64,000 bases of DNA. Source: Acidimicrobiaceae bacterium. Its GTDB lineage: Bacteria > Actinomycetota > Acidimicrobiia > Actinomarinales > Actinomarinaceae. Where the stretch lies: assembly GCA_028404505.1 (NCBI GenBank), contig JAOOBM010000002.1:7027-71026 (forward strand), read 5' to 3'. Every line of letters starts with the position of its first letter. The stretch's first letter is position 1. The position numbers and the translations under genes were made by a program. Below the pieces are notes generated by a model. The model ran no database searches. It worked only from the letters and a program-made list of their open reading frames with translations, and was not told the DNA's origin. Below are positions 36,308-45,765 of the stretch, piece after piece.

Positions 36308-36772
36308 TTAAGTTAGCTTTTGTTTAACTATTTTACTGACTACCGATCCATCTATGCCATCACCTTTTGCCATAACTGCACCGATTACTCTTCCCATTTG
36401 TGAAATATCTACATCTCCTAATTCAGTCAAGACATCATCAACAATTTTTTCAACTTCGTCCTCGCTAAGTTGTTCAGGTAGATATGTACTTAGGAAATCT
36501 ATTTCAAATTGAATTTTGTTAGCCATATCAACACCTTTTTCACCAAGCGACTGATACTCCTCTACAGCTTTTGCCATTTTTTTTACATATGAGGAAATGA
36601 CTCCAAGCACAAGCTCATCATTAACCTCTTCACCTTTTTCAGCTTTCTTTTTTGCTATCTCAGTTTGTATTTGTCTAATAGCATCAAGTTTTGGTTTATC
36701 TTTTGCTTTCATTGCTTCTTTCAAAGCTGCACTTAAGTCATCGGCTAAAGCCATAATCTCTCTTTCTTTCAA
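36308..36772 (-). CDS. GatB/YqeY domain protein
   Basis: Typical YqeY sequence: LKEAMKAKDK..LDAIR......A. Confidence 0.8.
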   Translation of the reverse strand: MKEREIMALADDLSAALKEAMKAKDKPKLDAIRQIQTEIAKKKAEKGEEVNDELVLGVISSYVKKMAKAVEEYQSLGEKGVDMANKIQFEIDFLSTYLPEQLSEDEVEKIVDDVLTELGDVDISQMGRVIGAVMAKGDGIDGSVVSKIVKQKLT

Positions 36773-37410
36773 TCAAGTTTATCACCAATATCTGTGACTA
36801 CACCATATACATTCATATTTAAAATATTCATAATCTCGTCACTATCATTAACAGTCCAAACAACACATCTCTCTTTTGGTAATTCAAAATTTCTTGAATA
36901 AAATATTTCCTTCTCAACCATAAACATTAACTTTGGATCTAAATTGGATATCGCTTTGCTTTCAAAAAGCTGATTCTCTTTATCAATCAATATTCCATAC
37001 CTAGATTTAAATTTTTCTCTGTTGTTAAGTATTGTCTCCCAGTCAAAAGACGAAATAATATCATCTTGTTTGGTAAGATTTGTAACCTTATTTATGAATA
37101 TTTTATTTAATTCATTTTCTTCATTGTTAACCTTTAATTCAAAATTTACACCTCCTTTGATTTGATCTCGTGATACAAAATGAATTTCAGAAATATCAAT
37201 ATCGATAAACGTTTTAATTTCTGATAATGTTAATTCCTCAATTTTTTTGTTTTCAATTGTTGGATCGTGATAAAAAATGAGTTGCTCATCTTTAGTTATA
37301 CGTATATCAGTTTCGACAAAATCACATATTTCAAGGGCTTTATTAAGGCTTTTTATAGTGTTTTCGATGTAAATTTGGGGTAAACCTCTATGACCAAAAA
37401 TTTTTCTCAA
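36769..37410 (-). CDS. glycerophosphodiester phosphodiesterase family protein
   Basis: GHRG...ENT...ETD...TKD....HD motif series. Confidence 0.75.
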   Translation of the reverse strand: MRKIFGHRGLPQIYIENTIKSLNKALEICDFVETDIRITKDEQLIFYHDPTIENKKIEELTLSEIKTFIDIDISEIHFVSRDQIKGGVNFELKVNNEENELNKIFINKVTNLTKQDDIISSFDWETILNNREKFKSRYGILIDKENQLFESKAISNLDPKLMFMVEKEIFYSRNFELPKERCVVWTVNDSDEIMNILNMNVYGVVTDIGDKLD

Positions 37411-37486
37411 AATGCTCCCTTATGTTCTCAATTTTAGTACAATAAATTCACTAGATTGTGAAACAATTCACAAAGTAAGGAATAAT

Positions 37487-37771
37487 GTGCAAATAGTAAA
37501 TTTTGATTTAGAGCAAGAACTTTGGATGCAAGAGGGAGCATGCGTTTTTGCAGATCCTGATCTATTTTTTCCAGTAGGTTCGTCTATGAAAGCACTGAAA
37601 CAAGCTGCTGAAGCAAAAGCAATTTGTAATGAATGTGATGTAAAAATTGAATGTTTAGAATATGCTATTCGTACAAATCAAGATTCTGGTGTTTGGGGCG
37701 GAGCAACAGAAGACGAGAGAAAATCAATTAGAAGAGAGTACAGAAAAACAGGTACTCTTGTGTCATCCTAG
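37487..37771 (+). CDS. whiB: WhiB family redox-sensing transcriptional regulator
   Basis: Four Cys (C-x29-C-x2-C-x5-C) and GVWGG plus a basic tail. The GTG at 37487 follows an AAGGA RBS. The ORF-track ATG at 37412 would lie 1 bp from the divergent gene's start, so I consider it unlikely. Confidence 0.85.
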   Translation: MQIVNFDLEQELWMQEGACVFADPDLFFPVGSSMKALKQAAEAKAICNECDVKIECLEYAIRTNQDSGVWGGATEDERKSIRREYRKTGTLVSS

Positions 37772-37992
37772 ACTAAGCCCGCTTCCCTTTTATCGGTATC
37801 ATCTACAAACTCTATAGAATGTATTTGTTTCGCATTTATCCCTATCTCACCATCTTCATCTTTGATCCAATACATTCCACCGTTTTGAATTAGCTCTTCA
37901 ATTTCTTTTGTAAATTTTTTCTTATCATCAACTTCGGTCTGAAATTCTTTCATTGAACCAAGTAGTGCGATTTTTACTTTTTGCTTAGCCAC
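37768..37992 (-). CDS. DUF3107-like small conserved actinobacterial protein
   Basis: 74-aa protein whose layout (KVKIALLGS...IHSIEF) matches DUF3107, from memory. Confidence 0.55.
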   Translation of the reverse strand: MAKQKVKIALLGSMKEFQTEVDDKKKFTKEIEELIQNGGMYWIKDEDGEIGINAKQIHSIEFVDDTDKREAGLV

Positions 37993-38001
37993 AATATCTC
38001 C

Positions 38002-38979
38002 TTATAAAACGTTTTCACCCATAAATATTGCGGAGACTGAATCATCCGCAAAGATAGATGTTAGTGCCGTTGCAATAATAGAGGAAACGGAGAGAATGTT
38101 TACATTTCCAATTTTTTCAATATTTCCATTTTGTTTAAGAGTGTCTGTCACCACAATTTCTTCAATGGGAGTATCTTTAAGTTTTTCCACACTTTCGTCT
38201 GAAAAAATTCCATGAGTTGCTGCTACGCTTACAGATTTTGCACCTCTTTCAATTAAAGCTCTTGATGCAGCGGCAATTGTTCCTCCTGTGTCAACTATGT
38301 CATCAAATAAAATTGCGTGTCGATCTTCGACTTCACCGATAACTGTAAATGCTTTAACTTCATTATGTATCTTTGGATCTCTCTTCTTGTGTACAAAACC
38401 AACGTAAGCCTCCATATTTTTTGCAAAAGTTGTAGCTCTTCTCACCCCTCCAGCATCAGGAGAAATTATTGTTATAGGCTCTTGAAATTTTTCTTTGAAA
38501 TAATTTACAAATAGTGGCATAGCTGTCAAGTGATCAAATGGCTGATCTATAAATCCTTGAATTTGTTGAGTGTGTAAATCAATGGAAACAATCCTATCTG
38601 CTCCAGCTGCAATAAATAAGTCAGCAACTAATCGAGCTGAAATTGGCTCTCTTGGTAATGCTTTTTTATCTTGTCTTGAATATGGATAAAAAGGAAGCAC
38701 AGCAGTAATTCTCTTTGCAGACGCTCTTTTCAAAGCATCTACAAGTAAAAGCTGTTCCATAATTGTAAAGTTAACTTGGCCTGAGTGGCTTTGCATTACA
38801 AAACAATCAGCACCACGAACACTTTCCTGTAGACGTATATAAATTTCTCCATTTGCAAATTGAGTTTTATCGACTTCGGCAAGTTCTGTTCCAAGTTCTT
38901 TTGCAACTTTATCAGCTAGCTCGGCATTTGATGAACCTGAAAATAAGAGCATTTTCTTTTTGCCGGCTCTTTCAATCAT
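38002..38979 (-). CDS. prs: ribose-phosphate pyrophosphokinase
   Basis: PRPP-binding loop DDIVDTGGT and conserved Prs sequence. Confidence 0.95.
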   Translation of the reverse strand: MIERAGKKKMLLFSGSSNAELADKVAKELGTELAEVDKTQFANGEIYIRLQESVRGADCFVMQSHSGQVNFTIMEQLLLVDALKRASAKRITAVLPFYPYSRQDKKALPREPISARLVADLFIAAGADRIVSIDLHTQQIQGFIDQPFDHLTAMPLFVNYFKEKFQEPITIISPDAGGVRRATTFAKNMEAYVGFVHKKRDPKIHNEVKAFTVIGEVEDRHAILFDDIVDTGGTIAAASRALIERGAKSVSVAATHGIFSDESVEKLKDTPIEEIVVTDTLKQNGNIEKIGNVNILSVSSIIATALTSIFADDSVSAIFMGENVL

Positions 38980-40349
38980 TTCTTTCCTTTTTTATTCTTT
39001 CGATCCATGTAGCCCTCAATGTTTTTCTGATCGTTTCTTTCAATACCAAGAGCTCCTGCAGGAACATCTTTTGTAATTACAGACCCAGCACCTACCATAG
39101 CTCCCTCGCCAATGGTCACAGGAGCAATAAGCATTGTATCTGAACCTACAAATGCATTTTTCTTTATTTGAGTTTTATGTTTTTCTTTACCGTCATAATT
39201 TACTGTTATTGCTCCAGCTGAAAAATTTACATCTTCTTCTAACTCTGCATCTCCAACATAGGCAAGATGGGGTACCTTACTACCTTTTCCAATTTTTGAA
39301 TTTTTTGTTTCTGCAAAAGCTCCAACTTTTACATTTTCATCAAGAACAGATCCTTTTCTTAAATGAGCATAAGGACCAATATTTGCTTTACCTTTTATTT
39401 CAGCTTCATCAATAACTGAAAATTGAACAATGGAGCCCTCCCCTATTTTTGAATCAGTAATTATTGAGTTTGGTCCGATAACACAATCTTTTTCAATATT
39501 TGTTGTTCCAGTTAAATGACAATTAGCGAGAATTTTCGCTCCTGAGGCTATCTCAACAGATTTATCTATATATGTTGAATTTGGATCTTGAAAATATACG
39601 CCATTTTCCATATGAGATTCAATTAATTCTTTACGAAGCGTGTTCTCAACATCATTCAGCTGACTCATGGAATTTATACCTTGTATTGAATCTTCATTTA
39701 CTTGTACTATAACCCTTTCAAGTTTGTTTTGAAAAGCTATATTTATTAAATCTGTAAGGTAAAACTCTTTTTGCTTATTTGAACTTTCTAAACTTCCAAT
39801 ATTCGAATTTAAGAAATTTATATCTATACAATATATTCCAGAATTAATTTCATTGATCAGTTTCTCAGTTTCACTAGCATCCGACTCTTCAATTATCTTT
39901 TCAAACTCTTCATTGTTTTTTATAATTCTTCCATATCCAAACGGGTTTTGAACATTTGCTGAAATTAATCCAATTGCGGCATTACTTTCTACAACATCAT
40001 TTACTAATTTATCTATATCTTCTTTTCTTATTAAAGGAACATCGCCTGGTATCACAACTAGGTATTGACTTTGGTCACTATCAAACTCACTGCTCTCTAA
40101 TAATGTAGAAATTGCATGACCTGTACCAAGTTGTTCTTTTTGAATTACAGGAATAAAAGTTTCAGATAATGTTGAGGTTACTTTTTCTGATTGATGTCCA
40201 ACAACTACATATTTTTTATCAAAATGACTAATTGCTTCTTGAGCATAATCAATCATAGGGATTCCTAATACATTATGAAGAACTTTTGGAAGAGAGGACT
40301 TCATTCTTGTCCCTTGACCAGCAGCTAAAATTACACCTGAAATACTCAT
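38976..40349 (-). CDS. glmU: bifunctional UDP-N-acetylglucosamine pyrophosphorylase / GlcN-1-P acetyltransferase
   Basis: LAAGQGTRMKS motif and C-terminal hexapeptide repeats. It overlaps prs by 4 nt. Confidence 0.95.
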   Translation of the reverse strand: MSISGVILAAGQGTRMKSSLPKVLHNVLGIPMIDYAQEAISHFDKKYVVVGHQSEKVTSTLSETFIPVIQKEQLGTGHAISTLLESSEFDSDQSQYLVVIPGDVPLIRKEDIDKLVNDVVESNAAIGLISANVQNPFGYGRIIKNNEEFEKIIEESDASETEKLINEINSGIYCIDINFLNSNIGSLESSNKQKEFYLTDLINIAFQNKLERVIVQVNEDSIQGINSMSQLNDVENTLRKELIESHMENGVYFQDPNSTYIDKSVEIASGAKILANCHLTGTTNIEKDCVIGPNSIITDSKIGEGSIVQFSVIDEAEIKGKANIGPYAHLRKGSVLDENVKVGAFAETKNSKIGKGSKVPHLAYVGDAELEEDVNFSAGAITVNYDGKEKHKTQIKKNAFVGSDTMLIAPVTIGEGAMVGAGSVITKDVPAGALGIERNDQKNIEGYMDRKNKKGKK

Positions 40350-40358
40350 TTAATTTTT

Positions 40359-40433
40359 TGGCTGGGGGAGAAGGACTCGAACCCTCAACGTTGGGACCAA
40401 AACCCAATGTGTTGCCAATTACACCATCCCCCA
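40359..40433 (-). tRNA. tRNA-Gln (anticodon UUG), CCA encoded
   Basis: The reverse complement folds as a cloverleaf: acceptor TGGGGGA/TCCCCCA, anticodon stem TTGGG/CCCAA with loop TTTTGGT, and T-loop GGTTCGAGTCC. Confidence 0.9.
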
Positions 40434-40448
40434 TTTCTTGTCTTAATT

Positions 40449-41273
40449 CTAATCCGAAATTGTTTCCAAACTAAAATCAATTTTTTTTACTACTTTTACA
40501 ATTCTAAATTGCTTCTCATCTATAAGGTCAATCTTTTTTTGTAGGTTCTCTAGAGTGCCTAAACAAAACATTGAACTACCGCTTCCAGACAAAAAGAATC
40601 TCTCCCCTGTTGTTGATTCTAAATAATCTTTTACTTTTATTAATTTGGGTTCAATTGTTGAAGATGCATTCCAGAAGTCATTAAATATTTCTATACCGTT
40701 ATAAATGTCTAATATCGTTGGAGTATTTCCATGTCGATCAAATTCAGAAAATGCATCTCCTGTTGAGATAGTCTCTTTAGGTACTACGAGTAACATATTC
40801 ATTTCAAAATCGATTGTTTTAGGTTCGATAATATCACCAACTCCTTTCACAAACGCTGGCTTACCAGTTATGAAAAAAGGTACATCACTACCAATTTTCT
40901 CTACAACATCTTTATTAGATGGAATAGATAGGTCATATGTTTGAGACAACTTTGAAATTATTGTCCCTGCGTTAGAACTTCCGCCACCTAAGCCAGATTC
41001 TGTAGGAATATTTTTAGTTATATTTATTTCAAAATATTGTGAAAAATGATTAGTTTTTCTCATTAAATCTAGAGTTTTAGAGACCGTATTGTTATCTGGG
41101 ATATCTGTTGAGTCAAAAGTGATTATATCTTTATCATTATCAATCTCTTTGATCTCAATAACGTCATGAAAGTCAATTGGAATTATTAAAGACTCAATTT
41201 TGTGAAGTCCATTAATTACTTCATCCAACACTCTTAGGTTTAGATTTATTTTTCCAAACGATTTAATTTTCAT
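40449..41273 (-). CDS. ispE: 4-diphosphocytidyl-2-C-methyl-D-erythritol kinase
   Basis: GHMP kinase motif PTESGLGGGSSNA, with KINL..L at the N-terminus. Confidence 0.85.
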   Translation of the reverse strand: MKIKSFGKINLNLRVLDEVINGLHKIESLIIPIDFHDVIEIKEIDNDKDIITFDSTDIPDNNTVSKTLDLMRKTNHFSQYFEINITKNIPTESGLGGGSSNAGTIISKLSQTYDLSIPSNKDVVEKIGSDVPFFITGKPAFVKGVGDIIEPKTIDFEMNMLLVVPKETISTGDAFSEFDRHGNTPTILDIYNGIEIFNDFWNASSTIEPKLIKVKDYLESTTGERFFLSGSGSSMFCLGTLENLQKKIDLIDEKQFRIVKVVKKIDFSLETISD

Positions 41274-42061
41274 TTTAAGTTTTCCGCGATTGCTAGGTAG
41301 TCTTCAGGAGTTAATTCCTGTGGTCTTAGATCTAGACTTAGTGATATTTTCTCTGATATTTCTTCATCAACATACCCATTTAACGCTGTCTTTATTTTTT
41401 TTCTTTTTTGTTGAAATGCAATTTTTGAGATTTCAAAAGCTTTTAATCTCAGTTCTTCATCAATGAGAGTCTCTCTTTGTATTGTTAAAACTGTTGATAA
41501 AATTTTTGGTTTCGGTTCAAAACAATTTTTACTTACATTGAACTGAATTTTTGTATTAGTAAATAATGCACATAATACAGAAAGTGATCCATATTGCTTA
41601 GTATTTGGTTTTGCGACCATTCTTTCTGCCACTTCATCCTGAAGCATCACAACATATCGATGTATCTGTGGAACTTCAGTTATCAACTTGACCAATAATC
41701 GGGTACCAATATTGTATGGCAAATTACCAACCATTATCCACCATGGGCCAGATAATTGAGTGTAATCATAATCCATTGCATCTTCATTGATAACTTCTAT
41801 ATTGGGAACATCAACAAACCTTTCATTGAGAAGGGCAACCAAAGTATCATCAATTTCTACAGCTTTAATCCTGTAATTATCTTTTAATAATTCATTAGTA
41901 AGTGAACCTGTTCCAGGTCCAATTTCTATAATTGGATCTGCCAATTGACCTTGTACTAGTTTTGTAATTTTTCTTGAGATATTTGTATCAATTAAAAAGT
42001 TTTGTCCCAAATTTTTTTTGGGTTTTATATTTAATTTATTAATCCAAAAAACTTCGCTCAA
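41270..42061 (-). CDS. rsmA: 16S rRNA (adenine1518/1519-N6)-dimethyltransferase
   Basis: LGQNFL and EIGPGTGSLT motifs. Confidence 0.9.
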   Translation of the reverse strand: MSEVFWINKLNIKPKKNLGQNFLIDTNISRKITKLVQGQLADPIIEIGPGTGSLTNELLKDNYRIKAVEIDDTLVALLNERFVDVPNIEVINEDAMDYDYTQLSGPWWIMVGNLPYNIGTRLLVKLITEVPQIHRYVVMLQDEVAERMVAKPNTKQYGSLSVLCALFTNTKIQFNVSKNCFEPKPKILSTVLTIQRETLIDEELRLKAFEISKIAFQQKRKKIKTALNGYVDEEISEKISLSLDLRPQELTPEDYLAIAENLK

Positions 42062-42063
42062 GA

Positions 42064-42831
42064 TTACCTCTTTAATAATTCTCTAGAATTTTTAATTGTA
42101 ATTTCAGATAATTTATTTTCATCAATTTCTAATAAGTTTGATATTTTTGATGCTGTGTGAGCTATAAAGTTTGGTCTGTTATCTTTGCCCTTCAGGGGTA
42201 CCGGTGTCAAGTAAGGTGTATCTGTTTCCAACAGTAGTCTGTTCATTGGTATCTCTTTGACAGATATTTGTAAATCTTTTGCGGTTTCATAAGTAACTAT
42301 TCCAGACATTGAAAAATAAACATCTAATTCTCTAAATCTTTTAGTCCATTTTCTACCCCCTGTCCATGAATGTAAAATAATCGGTGATGAGTTATTAAAC
42401 TCAACTAATAAATCATAAGTATCTTGAAAACTATCTCGACAATGGATAATTATTGGTTTATCTAACTGCTTAGAAAATTCTAGGTGAAACAAAAAACTTT
42501 CTATCTGTTGATCTTTTGTTGATAAATTTCTATAAAAATCAAGCCCTGTTTCTCCTATCAAATCTGCCTCACTAAAAAGTTTTTTTAAATCTTCTCTTTG
42601 TGTATTTAAAAGTTTTGCATCATGGGGATGAAGACCCGCAGACCAATAACTTTCTAGGTCTAAACTAGAACTTATCTCTTTTGCCTTTAAAGATGATTTA
42701 ACATCAACTCCTGGAATTATTAAAAATTCAATGTTTTTACAGTCAGTTTCATCAAAATCTTCATTTAATAGCTGTAAATGACAATGGGTATCAACCCATT
42801 TGAATTCCATAAATGATTTCGATTTATTCAC
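42064..42831 (-). CDS. TatD family metal-dependent hydrolase
   Basis: DTHCHL at the N-terminus and ETDTPYL near the C-terminus. Confidence 0.85.
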   Translation of the reverse strand: MNKSKSFMEFKWVDTHCHLQLLNEDFDETDCKNIEFLIIPGVDVKSSLKAKEISSSLDLESYWSAGLHPHDAKLLNTQREDLKKLFSEADLIGETGLDFYRNLSTKDQQIESFLFHLEFSKQLDKPIIIHCRDSFQDTYDLLVEFNNSSPIILHSWTGGRKWTKRFRELDVYFSMSGIVTYETAKDLQISVKEIPMNRLLLETDTPYLTPVPLKGKDNRPNFIAHTASKISNLLEIDENKLSEITIKNSRELLKR

Positions 42832-42858
42832 TACTATAAGAATAGGAGTATTAAAAAT

Positions 42859-43098
42859 ATGGTCAAAGGCAATAAATCTAAGATAGATAATTTAGGAAGA
42901 GTCGTAATACCTAAGTCAATTCGAAAAGCTCTAAATGTTGAACACAATGATGAAATATCAATGCATGTCGAAAATCAAGCATTAATAATTACAAAAAACA
43001 ATAACGTATGCACAATATGTGGAAAAGAAAAAATCGAGATACAAATTAAAGATAAATTTTTGTGCAAAAACTGCGTTGATGCCATTAAAGATTTTTAA
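42859..43098 (+). CDS. AbrB/MazE/SpoVT-family DNA-binding protein with a C-terminal CxxC...CxxC zinc-ribbon-like tail
   Basis: SpoVT-AbrB signature DNLGRVVIPKSIRKAL at the N-terminus, and CTICGKEK...CKNC at the C-terminus. Confidence 0.7.
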   Translation: MVKGNKSKIDNLGRVVIPKSIRKALNVEHNDEISMHVENQALIITKNNNVCTICGKEKIEIQIKDKFLCKNCVDAIKDF

Positions 43099-43900
43099 TT
43101 AGATCATAAACTTTATTTACTTTTTCCTGTGTTATTGATGAAATAATTTTTGCTATCTCTCTTTTTGGAACCTTGTATTCAATTAATTTTTTTGCTAAAG
43201 CCTCGTTATCTATATCAATATTGTTAATCTTTTGTGATCTACTTATTACAAGAGTTATCTCTCCTTTATATTTTGTGTCAGGAATGTCCTTCAAGAGTTT
43301 CTTTGCGTTACCTCTATAAATTGATTCAAATTTTTTTGTAAGCTCTCTACAGACAACTAATTCATTTTCTATATTTTTACTAACAAATTCTTCTAGGTCT
43401 TTTTTTAATCTATTAGGTGAAGTAAAACATATTAATGTCAATTCAGTGTCTCTAACATCATCAAAAAATTTAGTTCTCTCTTTTCCAGATTTTGGAATAA
43501 AACCCAAAAACGTAAACTTATCTGTATCAAAACCTGATAAAGTTAAAGCAACCAAGACACTTGATGGGCCTGGTATAGATATAATATTTACATTTTTCTT
43601 CACTAATTCTTTAACAAGCATGCTTCCAGGATCTGAAATGAGGGGTGTTCCAGCATCTGAAATCATAGCAATTGATTTTCCATCATTTAAAAAATGGATT
43701 ATCTCATCAATTTTTTTTACTTCATTTCCCTTAAAATAGGAGTAAACTTCCTTTTTTAAATTCAAATGTGATAATAATTTTTTTGCTACACGTGTATCCT
43801 CAGCATAAATAATATCTACATCAGACAAAACTTGATTCAATCTACTTGATATGTCGTTCAAATTCCCAATTGGGGTTGGACAAATATAAAATGATCCCAT
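43085..43900 (-). CDS. rsmI: 16S rRNA (cytidine1402-2'-O)-methyltransferase
   Basis: Tetrapyrrole-methylase fold with TPIGNL..IS, EDTR and SDAGTPLISDPG. The start is placed at ATG 43900 (MGSFYICPTPIGNL), 1 nt after the upstream stop; the ORF track extends to 43951. Confidence 0.85.
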   Translation of the reverse strand: MGSFYICPTPIGNLNDISSRLNQVLSDVDIIYAEDTRVAKKLLSHLNLKKEVYSYFKGNEVKKIDEIIHFLNDGKSIAMISDAGTPLISDPGSMLVKELVKKNVNIISIPGPSSVLVALTLSGFDTDKFTFLGFIPKSGKERTKFFDDVRDTELTLICFTSPNRLKKDLEEFVSKNIENELVVCRELTKKFESIYRGNAKKLLKDIPDTKYKGEITLVISRSQKINNIDIDNEALAKKLIEYKVPKREIAKIISSITQEKVNKVYDLIKNL

Positions 43901-43901
43901 T

Positions 43902-45293
43902 TTAAAAGTTGGTATTGCACTGGTCAGAAGTACATTCACTAAGGAAATCAATAATAAATTCTTGATCGTTTGATAGTGCTAATCTTAAATAGTTTCCATC
44001 ATTGTAAATCCAAAAATTTGTATCACCTTCATACAAGATTCCTTTCCAACTTGAATTGTTTGATCTCTTAGTGAATCTTGATTGAAAATCAGCCCAGTTT
44101 TGAAAAGCATTCGAGATTTCATTCAATTCATTAATATCATCTCCTTGTATTTTGACAGTCATAAATAAATCGTTTTTGTCATTAATGTAATCAACCCACG
44201 AACCACCACCTAATCCGATTGCTGCGTTTACAGCATCATTCTGACCAATTTTTGTTTGTAATAGATATACAAGATCTAATGAATCAAGTTGCCCCTCATC
44301 AATTACTGAGAATTCATTTAGTTCGAGTGTCTGGATATCAACATCAATGTATGGTTCCTTAGAAAAATATTTTTCAGGCGAATACACTTGTTCTGCAGTA
44401 GGCAGCTCAAAAAGTGCCGCGTTAAGTCCTTCCATTCTGTCTTTAGAATGAATTTGTTTACCTAAACGACCTCCAAAATCATAATAAAGATCAAATGGAA
44501 TGTAAAAGTATGTTGGAAGCGAAACTGAACATCTAAAATTTGGTCGTTGAGATGACATGTCTTGTCTATCATAAGGATCTAAGTTAGCCTCCCAGTATGC
44601 CTGTACAAGATCTGCTTGAGCTTCCATTACTGATCTTCTGCCTGGATAGTCCATAAAATCATCACTCTCTTTCATAGTTGTGTACCAATCTGAAAGATCA
44701 ACTATTTGACCTTGGAGTGAATGTACAAGCTCATGTACAACTACTGATTGCTCCCAAAGATTTAATTTAATCTGGTTTCTCTTGATTGGTACTCGCAATA
44801 TTTGATCAAGTAAATTGTATGATCCTGCCGAGGCACATCTTTGAAACTCTACAATAAGCTCTTTCAATTCCTCAGGAGATGAATTGTTTAACCCCCACAT
44901 ATTTTCTGATAAAACTGCTCTCTCCCACTCGCCTTCTTCATAGTCTTTATCAAAGTCATCAAGATATGATGCTGCGTTGTAGTCCCTGTATCCATCTAAG
45001 GTATACAGATTAAATTTTGGATATTCTACAAATGAAAGTCCAGTCTTTTTTTCAACAAACTCTATAAGCTCATCGAATTGTTCTTTCATTTCCGGGGTAA
45101 CATCTAATAACTCAATACCAAACTCATCATATGAAATGTCTTCTTTAACCTCTTGAATTGTTGAAGAAGTTGAAGAACTATTTGTAGAAGCAGTTGTTGA
45201 TGTAGTTTCAATAATCTGCGTTTGAGTATCAGATTCTGGGGTACAACTTGATATTAAAATAATTACCACTAAATAATTTAAGTATTTTCTCAT
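43902..45293 (-). CDS. lipoprotein with a Ser/Thr-rich linker and an HExxH motif (putative secreted metalloprotease, unassigned family)
   Basis: Lipobox LISSC, linker TTSTTASTNSSSTSST, and motif VVHELVHSLQG. Confidence 0.6.
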   Translation of the reverse strand: MRKYLNYLVVIILISSCTPESDTQTQIIETTSTTASTNSSSTSSTIQEVKEDISYDEFGIELLDVTPEMKEQFDELIEFVEKKTGLSFVEYPKFNLYTLDGYRDYNAASYLDDFDKDYEEGEWERAVLSENMWGLNNSSPEELKELIVEFQRCASAGSYNLLDQILRVPIKRNQIKLNLWEQSVVVHELVHSLQGQIVDLSDWYTTMKESDDFMDYPGRRSVMEAQADLVQAYWEANLDPYDRQDMSSQRPNFRCSVSLPTYFYIPFDLYYDFGGRLGKQIHSKDRMEGLNAALFELPTAEQVYSPEKYFSKEPYIDVDIQTLELNEFSVIDEGQLDSLDLVYLLQTKIGQNDAVNAAIGLGGGSWVDYINDKNDLFMTVKIQGDDINELNEISNAFQNWADFQSRFTKRSNNSSWKGILYEGDTNFWIYNDGNYLRLALSNDQEFIIDFLSECTSDQCNTNF

Positions 45294-45346
45294 AGGACTT
45301 AAGAATAATTGTAATCTTAAATATTGAGATAGAAATAGGAGGATTC

Positions 45347-45754
45347 ATGGTAAAAGAATTTAGAAATTTTATCAATAGAGGAAATGTAGTTGAATTAGGG
45401 GTTGCATTTGTTATGGGTGCATCATTTAAATCATTAGTTGATGTATTTACTAAAAGGCTAATAGAGCCATTAATTGGATTGATTATAAATCTTCCAAACT
45501 TAGACAATCTGGGTCTTTTTGGTGATGTAGATCCAAACTCCGGAATGCAATCAGGTAGTTTTGGAGCTTTTCTAGGTGAAATAATTAATTATTTAATCAT
45601 CGCGTTTGTGATGTTTCTTGTCATAAAAGCGTACAATCATTTTGAAGAAATGGTCGACGATGAAGATAATGAAGAAGTTGTTGCAACAGAATCAAAGGAA
45701 GTAACTCTTCTGAAAGAAATAAGAGACGGTATAAATAATTTACAAACAAAGTAA
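45347..45754 (+). CDS. mscL: large-conductance mechanosensitive channel
   Basis: MVKEFRNFINRGNVVELGVAFVMGASF closely matches the MscL N-terminus. Confidence 0.9.
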   Translation: MVKEFRNFINRGNVVELGVAFVMGASFKSLVDVFTKRLIEPLIGLIINLPNLDNLGLFGDVDPNSGMQSGSFGAFLGEIINYLIIAFVMFLVIKAYNHFEEMVDDEDNEEVVATESKEVTLLKEIRDGINNLQTK

Positions 45755-45765
45755 AGTAACAACCA

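Noticed and set aside
37412-37486. An N-terminal 25-aa extension of WhiB from the ORF-track ATG at 37412.
   Set aside because: That ATG lies 1 bp from the divergent GDPD start, which leaves no room for a promoter. The extension does not resemble WhiB N-termini, and a GTG with an AAGGA RBS at 37487 fits better.
45229-45507. A 92-aa minus-strand ORF overlapping the mscL start region.
   Set aside because: It overlaps the well-supported mscL gene on the opposite strand and has no recognisable features.
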